From contig OZ245040.1 of NCBI GenBank assembly GCA_965224195.1, positions 1,632,001 to 1,696,000 of the forward strand: a stretch of DNA of 64,000 nucleotides. Direction: 5' to 3'. Source of the stretch: Nitrosopumilus sp. Lineage in GTDB: Archaea > Thermoproteota > Nitrososphaeria > Nitrososphaerales > Nitrosopumilaceae. The translations under genes and the position numbers were made by a program. The stretch's first letter is position 1. The number at the start of each line of letters is the position of its first letter. Shown here piece by piece: positions 31,714-44,415 of the stretch. The notes below the pieces were generated by a model, which saw nothing but the letters and a program-made list of their open reading frames with translations, was not told where the DNA came from and made no database searches.

Positions 31714-32563
31714 AGGTTCAGTTAATTAACAAGTTGGGGTGATGATGTTAGATAATAATCCACATTGTTAAAACAAGGATTGAAACTATTAGATGAATTA
31801 TGTGTATCCAACAAAATAAGGATCTTACATCAATAAATTCTCAGGTATATCTTTCATTTTTTTACCCATATGCTTTTTTAGCCTTATATGCTTGTAGCAA
31901 AGCTTGCTTCCAGCACATTTAAGACACGCAGATTTGCGATCCTTAAACTTTGTAGCAGTAAGTATTAGTCCTCTCGTATGCTGGCTCATTTTGATCATTA
32001 CATTATACAGCTAAATAAACATGCATGTGACAATATAGTAATAAGATAATTCAACTCTCACTGTAGTACGCAATGGTTTTTTTGACATATAATGTAACAA
32101 TATAATGAATGTACAAAGGGCACAAAAAATAATCAAATATGCAACTGCCCACTGCACAAAGGCTGCATACGGCATTAAAGATCTAATAAAGGATTGGAAT
32201 TATATAGAAAATGATGTAGGTTCTAATCCACAGAAACTGGGGGGGAGGCAATGACAAGAATGCTGCAAGACAATATCAAGGTAGTGCAGTTAATACAGCA
32301 AGACATTACCCCAAAATGTCGCCACCCAAAAAAGGACAGAGGCAAAGGATGGCGTATCATATTGCATGAATTGTAATACCGCCCTCTAATTTTTTTTCTT
32401 CAATACCATATACAATCAAAATTAAACCACATTATAAAGACGTGTGACTTGGAAATTTCTTCAATATCACTAGATACGCAAGCCCCCATCTTCACCTAAA
32501 CATAAAGGAAGCAGTAAATGAATTACATTAATTCAAAATACTAGTAAAAATAATATTATGTTA

Positions 32564-32827
32564 TCAGCGTCTTAGAACTTTTCTTGCGATTAATTTTTTG
32601 TGTGGATTTGTTTTCACTTTATATGACACGATATATTTAGTATTATGTACTTTATTCCTCATAGTCATATTATGTACCGTTATACCTGCTTTTTCTAATC
32701 TTTCTAATTCTTTTACAGTTGCTTTGATATTTTGTGCCACTTTTTTATAATCAACAGTCTCACCAAGCTCTTGGATTTGAGCCATATGTTCATTATAAAG
32801 TTTGGAGAGGGAAATTTTGAATATCAA
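32564..32827 (-). CDS. hypothetical protein
   Basis: 87-aa ORF in a cluster of short ORFs. Confidence 0.4.
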   Translation of the reverse strand: MIFKISLSKLYNEHMAQIQELGETVDYKKVAQNIKATVKELERLEKAGITVHNMTMRNKVHNTKYIVSYKVKTNPHKKLIARKVLRR

Positions 32828-33167
32828 CTAGAGTCGTTTTAGAAGTGCTTCTACTGCCTTATCAGCATTGGGATATGTGCATGTGATTTTATCTTCCCCT
32901 TTTTGCGTTCTTCCAATACCGTTTGTTACTTTAGCGATTTCCATATTTGGTCGATTTTTTTTTTGATTTATAATTGTTTAAGCCTTTCTATTCCAGGATT
33001 TCATTACTCCTTTTTTCTATAAAAGCGCAATTCCGTATTATCACCAGTGATTATAATTTGATCATACATCATCAAAATTTTCCTAAATACTCATGAATCT
33101 TTAAGAACCGTCATTTCCACTCCAGACATACTTGGATACTCAGGTATGCCCATAGGATGGACACCAC

Positions 33168-33398
33168 ATGGTACGCAAAAAGCACGTATTTTTGAACAAA
33201 CAGTACGCCAGATACCAGTCAATAGCATATCTGGACAACTTTGCAGGAGCAAAAGACTTGACAGCTCATTATTTCCCAGAGAATGACAGGGCTGTAGTTG
33301 ATGAGTACATTGCAGTGAACCATCCAGACTCTGAAAGAATAGACATGTCAGAAATTGAGGATATTGCTGCAAGGTTTCTGAAAAGATATCAGTCTTGA
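33168..33398 (+). CDS. hypothetical protein, possibly a fragment
   Basis: 76-aa ATG ORF. Confidence 0.4.
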   Translation: MVRKKHVFLNKQYARYQSIAYLDNFAGAKDLTAHYFPENDRAVVDEYIAVNHPDSERIDMSEIEDIAARFLKRYQS

Positions 33399-33529
33399 GG
33401 GCAGCAAATTATAGAGGCTGAAAAACACACATGCCGTGATAAAGCCTGCGGCCAGGTGTTTTCGTTTTTTTTACATCTTTATAAATTCAAAAAACTTACA
33501 ACGTGTCTGCTGTAAATCAAACTTTAGAA

Positions 33530-36500
33530 CTATTTCTTTTTCATTATTTCAAAATAATAAACAATGACAGCAAACACAACGACAAAAAATATTATGGAAA
33601 TTATTAGTAATTCACTCATCGATAGTTTAGGTGCAACAGGTTCAGGTGTTGGTTCAGGTGTGTATACAGGTTCAGGTGTGTATACAGGTTCAGGTGTTGG
33701 TTCAGGTGTGTATACAGGTTCAGGTGTTGGTTCAGGTGTATATACAGGTTCAGGTGTTGGTTCAGGTGTTGGTTCAGGTGTTGGTTCAGGTGTTGGTTCA
33801 GGTGTGTATACAGGTTCTGGTGTTAGCTCTGGTGTTGGTTCCGGTGTTGGCTCTGGTGCTCTGACAGATGATGGCCTGTTGTCCCTGCCGACAATGTCCT
33901 TTAACAGTTCATCCAAATTCATATTATCATAATGTACTATGCCAGGCAGTTCCTTCAGTATGATGTGGCCATCACAGTATGCCGCAGCAGATTCTACCTG
34001 TGCCTGTTTTTGTGATTTGTCGTAACTTTTTATCGACATTACATTTTCAGAAAGCATCTCTAAACCCTCAAAGCTAAACGCATATAGAGAGATTGGCACA
34101 TGCACGGACTTGAAAAGATCTTTCATGCTGGCCTGGGATGTCACATCAATGCCAACATTGGATGGATGCCCGTCTAAGACAATGGAGGCGCCAAGGTTGT
34201 CCCCATATGTACCTGCAACTAATACCACATCATTTTCCAGTCCGCACTGGTTGTACAGCAGTAGTATTGGACTCATTGTAAAACCTACAGAGCCGCTGCT
34301 GCTGCCACGGTCAGCAGGCTGTGGTGTAGTAGGTTTTGGTGTGATGGGTTTTGGTGTGATGGGTTTTGGTGGCAAGGCATCCTCTGGTATTTCTTTAGGA
34401 GTGCTGTCAATTACTGCAGTATCTAGTTCAACACTGACTGCATCTTCAATGACAATAGGATCCCTTACGGCAAGTACTAGGCTGTCATCCTTCTTCACCA
34501 CATCTGCACCATCTGATGTTGGAATGTCATCAGCTAGTGACTTGGTGTGCTGCACTGCCGTGCTATCAGGTGTCAAGCTGGTATTCTTTGTCACATCCAC
34601 GCCGTCTGATGTTGGAATATTGTCAGCCAGTGATTTGACATATTGTTTGGTTACAGAGATATCATCTGATGTTGGGATAGTATCAGCTGGTGACTTGGTG
34701 TGCTGTTCTATTACAGCGCCAGGTGTCAAGTTGGTATTCTTTGTTACAGAGATACCATCTGATGTTGGGATAGTATCAGCTAGTGATTTGACATATTGTT
34801 TGGTTACAGAGATATCATCTGATGTTGGGATAGTATCAGCTAGTGACTTGGTGTGCTGTTCTATTACAGCGCCAGGTGTCAAGTTGGTATTCTTTGTTAC
34901 AGAGATACCATCTGATGTTGGGATAGTATCAGCTAGTGATTTGACATATTGTTTGGTTACAGAGATATCATCTGATGTTGGGATAGTATCAGATGGAGAT
35001 ATGGCATACAGTTTCACTACATCTGCATTGTCCCTTGTTGGGATGTCATCAGCTGGAGATATTGCATATAGTTTCACCACATCTGCACCATCTGATGTTG
35101 GGATGTCATCAGATATGGATTTGACATATTGTTTGGTTACAGAGATACCATCAGATGTTGGGATGGTGTCAGCTGCTGAGCTGGCATATAGTTTCACTAC
35201 ATCTGCACCATCTGATGTTGGGATGTCATCAGATATGGATTTGACATATTGTTTGGTTACAGAGATACCATCTGATGTTGGGATGGTGTCAGATGGAGAT
35301 ATGGCATATAGTTTCACCACATCTGCACCATCTGATGTTGGGATGGTGTCAGATATAGATCTAGAGTACCGCTTTACCACATCCGCATCATCTGATGTTG
35401 GGACGATGTCAGATGGAGATATGGCATATAGTTTCACCACATCTGCACCATCTGATGTTGGGATGGTGTCAGCTGCAGATATTGCGTACCGCTTTACCAC
35501 ATCTGCACCATCTGATGTTGGGATGTCATCAGCTGGAGATATTGCATATAGTTTCACCACATCTGCATTGTCCCTTGTTGGGATGTTATCAGATATGGAT
35601 CTAGAGTACCGCTTTACCACATCTGCACCATCTGATGTTGGGATGTCATCAGCTGGAGATATTGCATATAGTTTCACCACATCTGCATTGTCCTTTGTTG
35701 GGATGTCATCAGATATGGATTTGACATATTGTTTGGTTACAGAGATACCATCAGATGTTGGGATGGTGTCAGCTGCTGAGCTGGCATATAGTTTCACTAC
35801 ATCTGCACCATCTGATGTTGGGATGTCATCAGATATGGATTTGACATATTGTTTGGTTACAGAGATACCATCTGATGTTGGGATGGTGTCAGCTGCTGAG
35901 CTGGCATATAGTTTCACTACATCTGCACCATCTGATGTTGGGATGGTGTCAGATATAGATCTAGAGTACCGCTTTACCACATCCGCATCATCTGATGTTG
36001 GAGCTTCGTCAGATGGAGATATGGCATATAGTTTCACCACATCTGCATTGTCCCTTGTTGGGATGTTATCAGATATGGATCTAGAGTACCGCTTTACCAC
36101 ATCTGCACCATCTGATGTTGGAGCTTCGTCAGCTGGAGATATTGCATATAGTTTCACCACATCTGCACCATCTGATGTTGGGATGGTGTCAGCTGCAGAT
36201 ATTGCGTACCGCTTTACCACATCCGCATCATCTGATGTTGGGATGGTGTCAGATGGAGATATGGCATATAGTTTCACCACATCTGCATTGTCCTTTGTTG
36301 GGATGTTATCAGATATGGATTTGACATATTGTTTGGTTACAGAGATACCATCTGATGTTGGGATGGTGTCAGCTGCTGAGCTGGCATATAGTTTCACTAC
36401 ATCTGCACCATCTGATGTTGGGATGTCATCAGATATGGATTTGACATATTGTTTGGTTACAGAGATATCATCAGATGTTGGAGCTTCATCAGCTGGAGAT

Positions 36501-39500
36501 ATGACATATAGTTTCACTACATCTGCATTGTCCCTTGTTGGGATGTCATCAGATATGGATCTAGAGTACCGCTTTACCACATCAACATCATCTGATGTTG
36601 GAGCTTCATCAGCTGGAGATATGGCATATAGTTTCACTACATCTGCATTGTCCCTTGTTGGGATGTTATCAGATATGGATCTAGAGTACCGCTTTACCAC
36701 ATCTGCACCATCTGATGTTGGGATGTCATCAGCTGGAGATATTGCATATAGTTTCACCACATCTGCATTGTCCCTTGTTGGGATGTTATCAGATATGGAT
36801 CTAGAGTACCGCTTTACCACATCTGCACCATCTGATGTTGGGATGTCATCAGCTGGAGATATTGCATATAGTTTCACCACATCTGCATTGTCCCTTGTTG
36901 GGATGTTATCAGATATGGATCTAGAGTACCGCTTTACCACATCTGCACCATCTGATGTTGGGATGTCATCAGCTGGAGATATTGCATATAGTTTCACCAC
37001 ATCTGCACCATCTGATGTTGGGATGTCATCAGCTAGTGATTTGACATATTGTTTGGTTACAGAGATATCATCAGATGTTGGGATGGTGTCAGCTGCTGAG
37101 CTGGCATATAGTTTCACTACATCTGCACCATCTGATGTTGGGATGTCATCAGATATGGATTTGACATATTGTTTGGTTACAGAGATACCATCTGATGTTG
37201 GGATGGTGTCAGATGGAGATATGGCATATAGTTTCACTACATCTGCACCATCTGATGTTGGGATGTCATCAGATATGGATCTAGAGTACCGCTTTACCAC
37301 ATCCGCATCATCTGATGTTGGAGCTTCGTCAGATGGAGATATGGCATATAGTTTCACTACATCTGCATTGTCCCTTGTTGGGATGTTATCAGATATGGAT
37401 CTAGAGTACCGCTTTACCACATCTGCACCATCTGATGTTGGAGCTTCGTCAGCTGGAGATATTGCATATAGTTTCACCACATCTGCATTGTCCCTTGTTG
37501 GGATGTTATCAGATATGGATCTAGAGTACCGCTTTACCACATCTGCACCATCTGATGTTGGGATGTCATCAGCTGGAGATATTGCATATAGTTTCACCAC
37601 ATCTGCATTGTCCTTTGTTGGGATGTTATCAGATATGGATTTGACATATTGTTTGGTTACAGAGATATCATCAGATGTTGGGATGGTGTCAGCTGCTGAG
37701 CTGGCATATAGTTTCACTACATCTGCACCATCTGATGTTGGGATGTCATCAGATATGGATTTGACATATTGTTTGGTTACAGAGATACCATCTGATGTTG
37801 GGATGGTGTCAGCTGCTGAGCTGGCATATAGTTTCACCACATCTGCACCATCTGATGTTGGGATGTCATCAGATATGGATCTAGAGTACCGCTTTACCAC
37901 ATCTGCACCATCTGATGTTGGAGCTTCGTCAGATGGAGATATGGCATATAGTTTCACCACATCTGCATTGTCCCTTGTTGGGATGTTATCAGATATGGAT
38001 CTAGAGTACCGCTTTACCACATCTGCACCATCTGATGTTGGAGCTTCGTCAGCTGGAGATATGGCATATAGTTTCACCACATCTGCACCATCTGATGTTG
38101 GGATGGTGTCAGCTGCAGATATTGCGTACCGCTTTACCACATCCGCATCATCTGATGTTGGGATGGTGTCAGATGGAGATATGGCATATAGTTTCACCAC
38201 ATCTGCATTGTCCTTTGTTGGGATGTTATCAGATATGGATTTGACATATTGTTTGGTTACAGAGATACCATCTGATGTTGGGATGGTGTCAGCTGCTGAG
38301 CTGGCATATAGTTTCACTACATCTGCACCATCTGATGTTGGGATGTCATCAGATATGGATTTGACATATTGTTTGGTTACAGAGATATCATCAGATGTTG
38401 GAGCTTCGTCAGATGGAGATATGGCATATAGTTTCACTACATCTGCATTGTCCCTTGTTGGGATGTTATCAGATATGGATCTAGAGTACCGCTTTACCAC
38501 ATCAACATCATCTGATGTTGGAGCTTCATCAGCTGGAGATATGACATATAGTTTCACTACATCTGCATTGTCCCTTGTTGGGATGTCATCAGATATGGAT
38601 CTAGAGTACCGCTTTACCACATCAACATCATCTGATGTTGGAGCTTCGTCAGATGGAGATATGGCATATAGTTTCACCACATCTGCATTGTCCCTTGTTG
38701 GGATGTTATCAGATATGGATCTAGAGTACCGCTTTACCACATCTGCACCATCTGATGTTGGGATGTCATCAGCTGGAGATATTGCATATAGTTTCACCAC
38801 ATCTGCATTGTCCCTTGTTGGGATGTTATCAGATATGGATCTAGAGTACCGCTTTACCACATCTGCACCATCTGATGTTGGGATGTCATCAGCTGGAGAT
38901 ATTGCATATAGTTTCACCACATCTGCACTGTCCCTTGTTGGGATGTCATCAGATATGGATTTGACATATTGTTTGGTTACAGAGATATCATCAGATGTTG
39001 GGATGGTGTCAGCTGCTGAGCTGGCATATAGTTTCACTACATCTGCACCATCTGATGTTGGGATGTCATCAGATATGGATTTGACATATTGTTTGGTTAC
39101 AGAGATACCATCTGATGTTGGGATGGTGTCAGCTGCTGAGCTGGCATATAGTTTCACTACATCTGCACCATCTGATGTTGGGATGTCATCAGATATGGAT
39201 CTAGAGTACCGCTTTACCACATCTGCACCATCTGATGTTGGAGCTTCGTCAGATGGAGATATGGCATATAGTTTCACTACATCTGCATTGTCCCTTGTTG
39301 GGATGTTATCAGATATGGATCTAGAGTACCGCTTTACCACATCTGCACCATCTGATGTTGGAGCTTCGTCAGCTGGAGATATTGCATATAGTTTCACCAC
39401 ATCTGCATTGTCCCTTGTTGGGATGTCATCAGATATGGATCTAGAGTACCGCTTTACCACATCTGCACCATCTGATGTTGGGATGTCATCAGATATGGAT

Positions 39501-42207
39501 CTAGAGTACCGCTTTACCACATCTGCACCATCTGATGTTGGGATGTCATCAGCTGGAGATATTGCATATAGTTTCACCACATCTGCACTGTCCCTTGTTG
39601 GGATGTCATCAGATATGGATTTGACATATTGTTTGGTTACAGAGATATCATCAGATGTTGGGATGGTGTCAGCTGCTGAGCTGGCATATAGTTTCACTAC
39701 ATCTGCACCATCTGATGTTGGGATGTCATCAGATATGGATTTGACATATTGTTTGGTTACAGAGATACCATCTGATGTTGGGATGGTGTCAGATGGAGAT
39801 ATGGCATATAGTTTCACCACATCTGCACCATCTGATGTTGGGATGTCATCAGATGGAGATATTGCATATAGTTTCACCACATCTGCATTGTCCCTTGTTG
39901 GGATGTTATCAGATATGGATCTAGAGTACCGCTTTACCACATTGACTGCGTCCTTTGATGGAGCTGCATCAGATGGAGATATTGCATATAGTTTCACTAC
40001 ATCTGCACCATCTGATGTTGGGATGGTGTCAGCTGCAGATATTGCGTACCGCTTTACCACATTGACTGCGTCCTTTGATGGAGCTGCATCAGATACCCAT
40101 TGAAGAAGCTCAAAAGGTTGCAGGATCTCCACATCAACTGCGTCCTTTGATGGAGCTGCATCAGATACCCATTGAAGAAGCTCAAAAGGTTGCAGGACCT
40201 CCACATCAACTGCGTCCTTTGATGGAGCTGCATCAGATACCCATTGAAGAAGCTCAAAAGGTTGCAGGACCTCCACATCAACTGCGTCCTTTGATGAAAC
40301 TGCATCAGATACCCATTGAAGAAGCTCAAAAGGTTGCAGGACCTCCACATCAACTGCGTCCTTTGATGGAGCTGCATCAGATACCGAGCTGGTATATAGT
40401 TTTACCACATCCGCATCATCTGATGTTGGAGCTGTATCAGATGGAGATATTGCATGCCGCTTTACCACATCCGCATCATCTGATGTTGGAGCTGTATCAG
40501 ATGGAGATATTGCATACCGCTTTACCACATCCGCATCATCTGATGTTGGAGCTGTATCAGATGTAGACATGGCATGATCACCACTTCGATACAAAACAAC
40601 CAGAGTAGTAGATTCATCATTTAAATTTCCGCTTAGGTCACTAACAGCTCCTGGTGACATGAAAAGATACCTTAAATCATGTAAAATTAATTCAAGTAGT
40701 TGCTTCTTTTTTATTGTGATTGATAAATCCGTACCATTACCAACTTTATTTATCTTAGCCTTGGAAAGTACAACGTCATTACCTTTCCCATCACCCAAAA
40801 ACATTTTTGACAAATCTGTCTTGTCAATATGTATCGGCTCATCAAATTTGATTCCAAGAGTCCTAGTTGTTTTATCTAATTTTACAGGGTATGGCAACTT
40901 GTGAACATCAATTATATATACATCAGTATCAGAATCAGATGATGTAACTATCGCATAAATTTTATCACCAATTTCAAATGTACTGGCTTTTGCCTGATTA
41001 GGAATTGTTGTTACAACACTTACAAGTAATGGTTCATATGGATTACTCACATCAAATGTTGACACAGCATCAGATGCAGTAACTATCGCATAAATTTTAT
41101 CACCAATTTCAGATATATTGACTCCACTTAGATGATTAAAAGAAAGATAATATTCATTATATATCGCGTCTACATGTTTAGGTTTTTTCGGGTTACTCAC
41201 ATCAATTATTGACGCAGCATCATCATCAGATGCAGTAACTATCGCATAAATTTTATCACCAATTTCAAATGTTGCAACTCCGCTTGCACCACCAGTTGCA
41301 GGCGTATAACTGGTTATCTCACGTACTAGTTTAGGTTTTTTCGGGTTACTCACATCAATTATTGACGCAGCATCATCATCAGATGCAGTAACTATCGCAT
41401 AAATTTTATCACCAATTTCAAATGTTGCAACTCCACTTGCGCCACCAAGGCTGTTAAACTTTTTTGGATTAGCAACAAAACTAGCAGGAGGGTTTACTGG
41501 TGTTCGTTCATCTATTGCAGATCCTATATGCTGCAAATCTTTGGGATTAGAAACATCAAATAAATAAATACCGCTTTCACGACCCTCATAACATTGTTTA
41601 GTAATTTGATTACAAGTCCTACTAGGGATACCCTCGTCGTGAACTGAAAATATTGCATACTGTTTAGATTTGATTTTAAAAATATTGACATCAGTGAATT
41701 GTGGGTAAGGGTATACGCCATAATCTATTTCATGCTGCTTGATAATAGTTGGCTTTTTCAGGTTTGTTATATCCACTGTAAATATATTATCTTCATCATT
41801 CAAGCCCGCTAACGCATAGATGTTATTTTCAATATAATAGACTGCAACTACCCCCCCCCCCAAATCACTGTTGTTATTGCCAGGAAACATCATCGTACTA
41901 ACAAACAAAGGGTTCAGAGGATCACTGACATCATAAAAAATCAAAGATTTGCGATTGGTATCTTCTACACCAATATTTGCAGTTAACAAAAGGGCATATG
42001 TTTTCTTGTTTATGTCATCAGTAACTATTGCAACATCATTTACATGCAAAACATTGTGTGATAAAATAATTTCACTAACAAAATCCTCATGCGTTATTAT
42101 GGATGGCTTTTTTATGTCAGTAGAGACTTGGGCGTTTACATCAATTACACCATAACTTAATACGACGACGACGGTAATAAAAAACAGAATTTAATTCTAG
42201 AAAACAT
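33530..42207 (-). CDS. giant cell-surface protein: signal peptide, LVIVD-type beta-propeller, ~100 tandem 20-24-aa repeats, Pro-rich linkers, C-terminal TM anchor
   Basis: ORF 33530-42049 is open upstream to about 42190. One added base joins it to ATG 42207 (MFSRIK..FFITVVVVLSYGVIDVNAQ). IIDVSNP repeats; EPTP linker; TM plus KKK at the C-terminus. Confidence 0.88.
33637..33860. repeat. 12/18-bp tandem repeats encoding the EPTP/EPVYTP linker
   Basis: (GGTTCAGGTGTT)n interspersed with GGTTCAGGTGTGTATACA. Confidence 0.9.
34490..40565. repeat. coding tandem array: about 86 consecutive 60-bp units plus longer variant units at both ends
   Basis: 60-nt lines align in register from about 34920 to 40080; four 69-bp units at about 40090-40380; conserved core CATCTGATGTTGG. 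Confidence 0.97.
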
Positions 42208-42218
42208 AACCATGAGGA

Positions 42219-42851
42219 CTAGCTAACAGGCAATATATCAAAAGTATAAGTGATAGAAATACTTTCACCGGCATTTACAGTCACGTCATCAATCTCAATC
42301 TGGGCAAAAAGAATCTTTGAATTAGAAGCACAGTCAGTAAAATCATTAGCATCAGCAGATACGTTTGAACATACACCAACTGAAGAGATTGTCGTAGCAT
42401 CAGGAAAATTAACATCATTAGCAAGAAACGTAAGAGGACCGATGGTGGCAATTTGACCACTTGTTGTCACATCACTATCCTGCTTGCAATTGCTGCCAGT
42501 TAGTGTGTTGTCACCATCAAAATCACTTGCAGTCTCAGCTTCACTTGAAGTAATATCGGAAGTAGAAACACATAGAGAGCCAATTTGGGCGTTATTTACA
42601 ACATCAGTGGCAGAAGTTTGGAATATTTGATTCAAAATATAATCTCCTCCTACGGCCAATAGCATGTTATTTTTTGTCTGCTCATAAACTGGAGACCCTG
42701 ATGGATCATATTTTACTATAGATATTGTACCCTTTGCATTTATGGCATCGTGATTATTTGGTGCAGAATCTGTATCATAAGACAGGCCAGATGAGATTAT
42801 GAATGCCCCTCCCCCCGCTACAACAATGGCCAAGAGGAGAAGATATTTCAT
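42219..42851 (-). CDS. secreted 210-aa beta-rich protein, likely partner of the giant repeat protein
   Basis: Signal peptide; KNNMLLAVGGDYIL ... TISSVGV ... LFAQ ... VNAGESISITYTF; stop 11 bp before the giant gene ATG. Confidence 0.8.
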   Translation of the reverse strand: MKYLLLLAIVVAGGGAFIISSGLSYDTDSAPNNHDAINAKGTISIVKYDPSGSPVYEQTKNNMLLAVGGDYILNQIFQTSATDVVNNAQIGSLCVSTSDITSSEAETASDFDGDNTLTGSNCKQDSDVTTSGQIATIGPLTFLANDVNFPDATTISSVGVCSNVSADANDFTDCASNSKILFAQIEIDDVTVNAGESISITYTFDILPVS

Positions 42852-43278
42852 AATTATTGGCTATATTGATTGTATATAATATTTTTGTACGATCTAAAAA
42901 TTACATCATTAAAATAATAATCGCATAAACATTATAAAAAATAGCGTATATTTTTTTATTTTTTACATTTATTTCGGATTATAGTCAATAGGAATTCCCT
43001 AATTATATGGTAAATATGGATTCCCTAACTATTTTTTGTGAAAAAGAGACAAGGTAAAAAGAGGGTCCATCATAAGTGTCGTCGCTGTAATTATGAGTGG
43101 TTCGGAAAAATAAATCCATGTGCATGTCCCAATGCCAGATGTTGCTCAATTTATTGGGATAAAGAATACACGTTGCACAAAAATAGAAAGAAAAATAGAT
43201 ACAGATACCAGGACTAATTTGCCAGTATCAGCATGCAATATATCAGTGATTGACTTTTATGTTTTTTTACAATGTCCG

Positions 43279-43941
43279 TTACATATCATAATACTTTGAT
43301 ATTATATGATTTAATGGCTCCATATAGCATGCAATATTTTTTACAAAGACATCACAGGCTCTATTCTCTGAGGATATTATGATTGCTAGCTGCGATATGC
43401 CTTGCCCTATATGCTCTGCCCGCATCACGCCATGTGCAGTTGCCTGCAGAAAATAGTCTTGTACAGTATCATCCCACTCTTCATACTTTTGTGTGCGTGA
43501 TGTCTTAGGGTTAACTATAGATGGTACGCCGTCATACTCTGCAATACAGTCAGATGTGCCAGATATCTCTAGCATGTCAGAGTACAAGGGCACCTCAAGG
43601 CCACGTATGCCTGCTTATTTTGTGCAACTCTTCTTTGAGGTTCTCAAAGCGGACCCAGGAGAGCCAGAGGTGTAAGACATTCAGTATCACTGTTGTCTAG
43701 ATAATTTTGTACAAGCTTGCGTGTCTCTGGGTTCCTGCAAGCTTTGCAGTCTCTGTGATGCAACCAGCTGGTGCCTCTCCTTTTTCTTTGCGCCATTTTT
43801 TGATACCTGATTTATCTGATGCTTTGCTGAGGATGGCAGTAATTGATGGGTACTGTAATCCGTTTGGCAGTTTGTACTTTCTGCCATATGCAGTCTTATC
43901 TGCAATATTTTTGGCGTATCAGTTGGGATGTGTGTGAACAA
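43279..43941 (-). pseudogene. phage-type PD-(D/E)xK exonuclease (Cas4/MGME1-like), frameshifted
   Basis: Joined frames read GRKYKLPNGLQYPSITAILS...WRKEKGE...GT..H and EVPLYSD..ISGTSDCIAEYDG.PSIVNPKTS...DYFLQATA. Confidence 0.75.
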
Positions 43942-44022
43942 TAATTATGCTGATTTTTATAGCACTCAGGTTTTTTGGTGGGATTTGGCTTGTAACAAGT
44001 AGGGCCTAAATATTATCATTTT

Positions 44023-44298
44023 ATGCGCATTGATTGTTGTAGAAACTGTGGCACAAAACTTGCCATACTGGAGTGCTGTGAGGCGTGTAAACGGCCAGTA
44101 AAACTGCGATGTGTAAAATGTGAGCACTTTGCTGATGGCCCAATGCATTTAGCCTGCCGGCTATTGAACAGCCATATCGCGCCAATAAACAAAGCAATGT
44201 GCGTAAAGATGCTTTTGTCAAGATGCCCAGATGGCAAGAACTGGTTTAAAATTTTTGTAAAAGGGCAGGCAGACTGCTCAAATCCTAAATTTTTGTAG
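44023..44298 (+). CDS. Cys-rich Zn-finger protein
   Basis: CRNCG...CEAC..P....CVKC...H. Confidence 0.5.
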   Translation: MRIDCCRNCGTKLAILECCEACKRPVKLRCVKCEHFADGPMHLACRLLNSHIAPINKAMCVKMLLSRCPDGKNWFKIFVKGQADCSNPKFL

Positions 44299-44415
44299 AA
44301 TTTATGGGATTCTACTCTCCAGTTTGCATCAGTTACTGGCTCTGGGTTCTGTTTCCTTGTCGGTGGTTTTATTCGTGTTACTTTTCGGTTGCTGAAATCG
44401 TTCAATAATAAAAGA

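Noticed and set aside
34110-40103. 1997-aa plus-strand ORF
   Set aside because: Antisense shadow of the repeat array; one stop-free unit repeated gives a long ORF. The minus strand has the signal peptide, domains and anchor.
34900-40400. 60-bp and 69-bp repeats as a CRISPR array
   Set aside because: No unique spacers; units are codon-multiple and in frame within a CDS.
41060-41440. Near-identical ~150-bp duplications
   Set aside because: Explained by LVIVD-type propeller blade repeats within the giant protein.
43279-43941. Cas4-like nuclease as evidence of a CRISPR-cas locus
   Set aside because: Lacks the Cas4 Fe-S cysteine pattern, resembles phage exonucleases, is broken, and has no cas neighbours.
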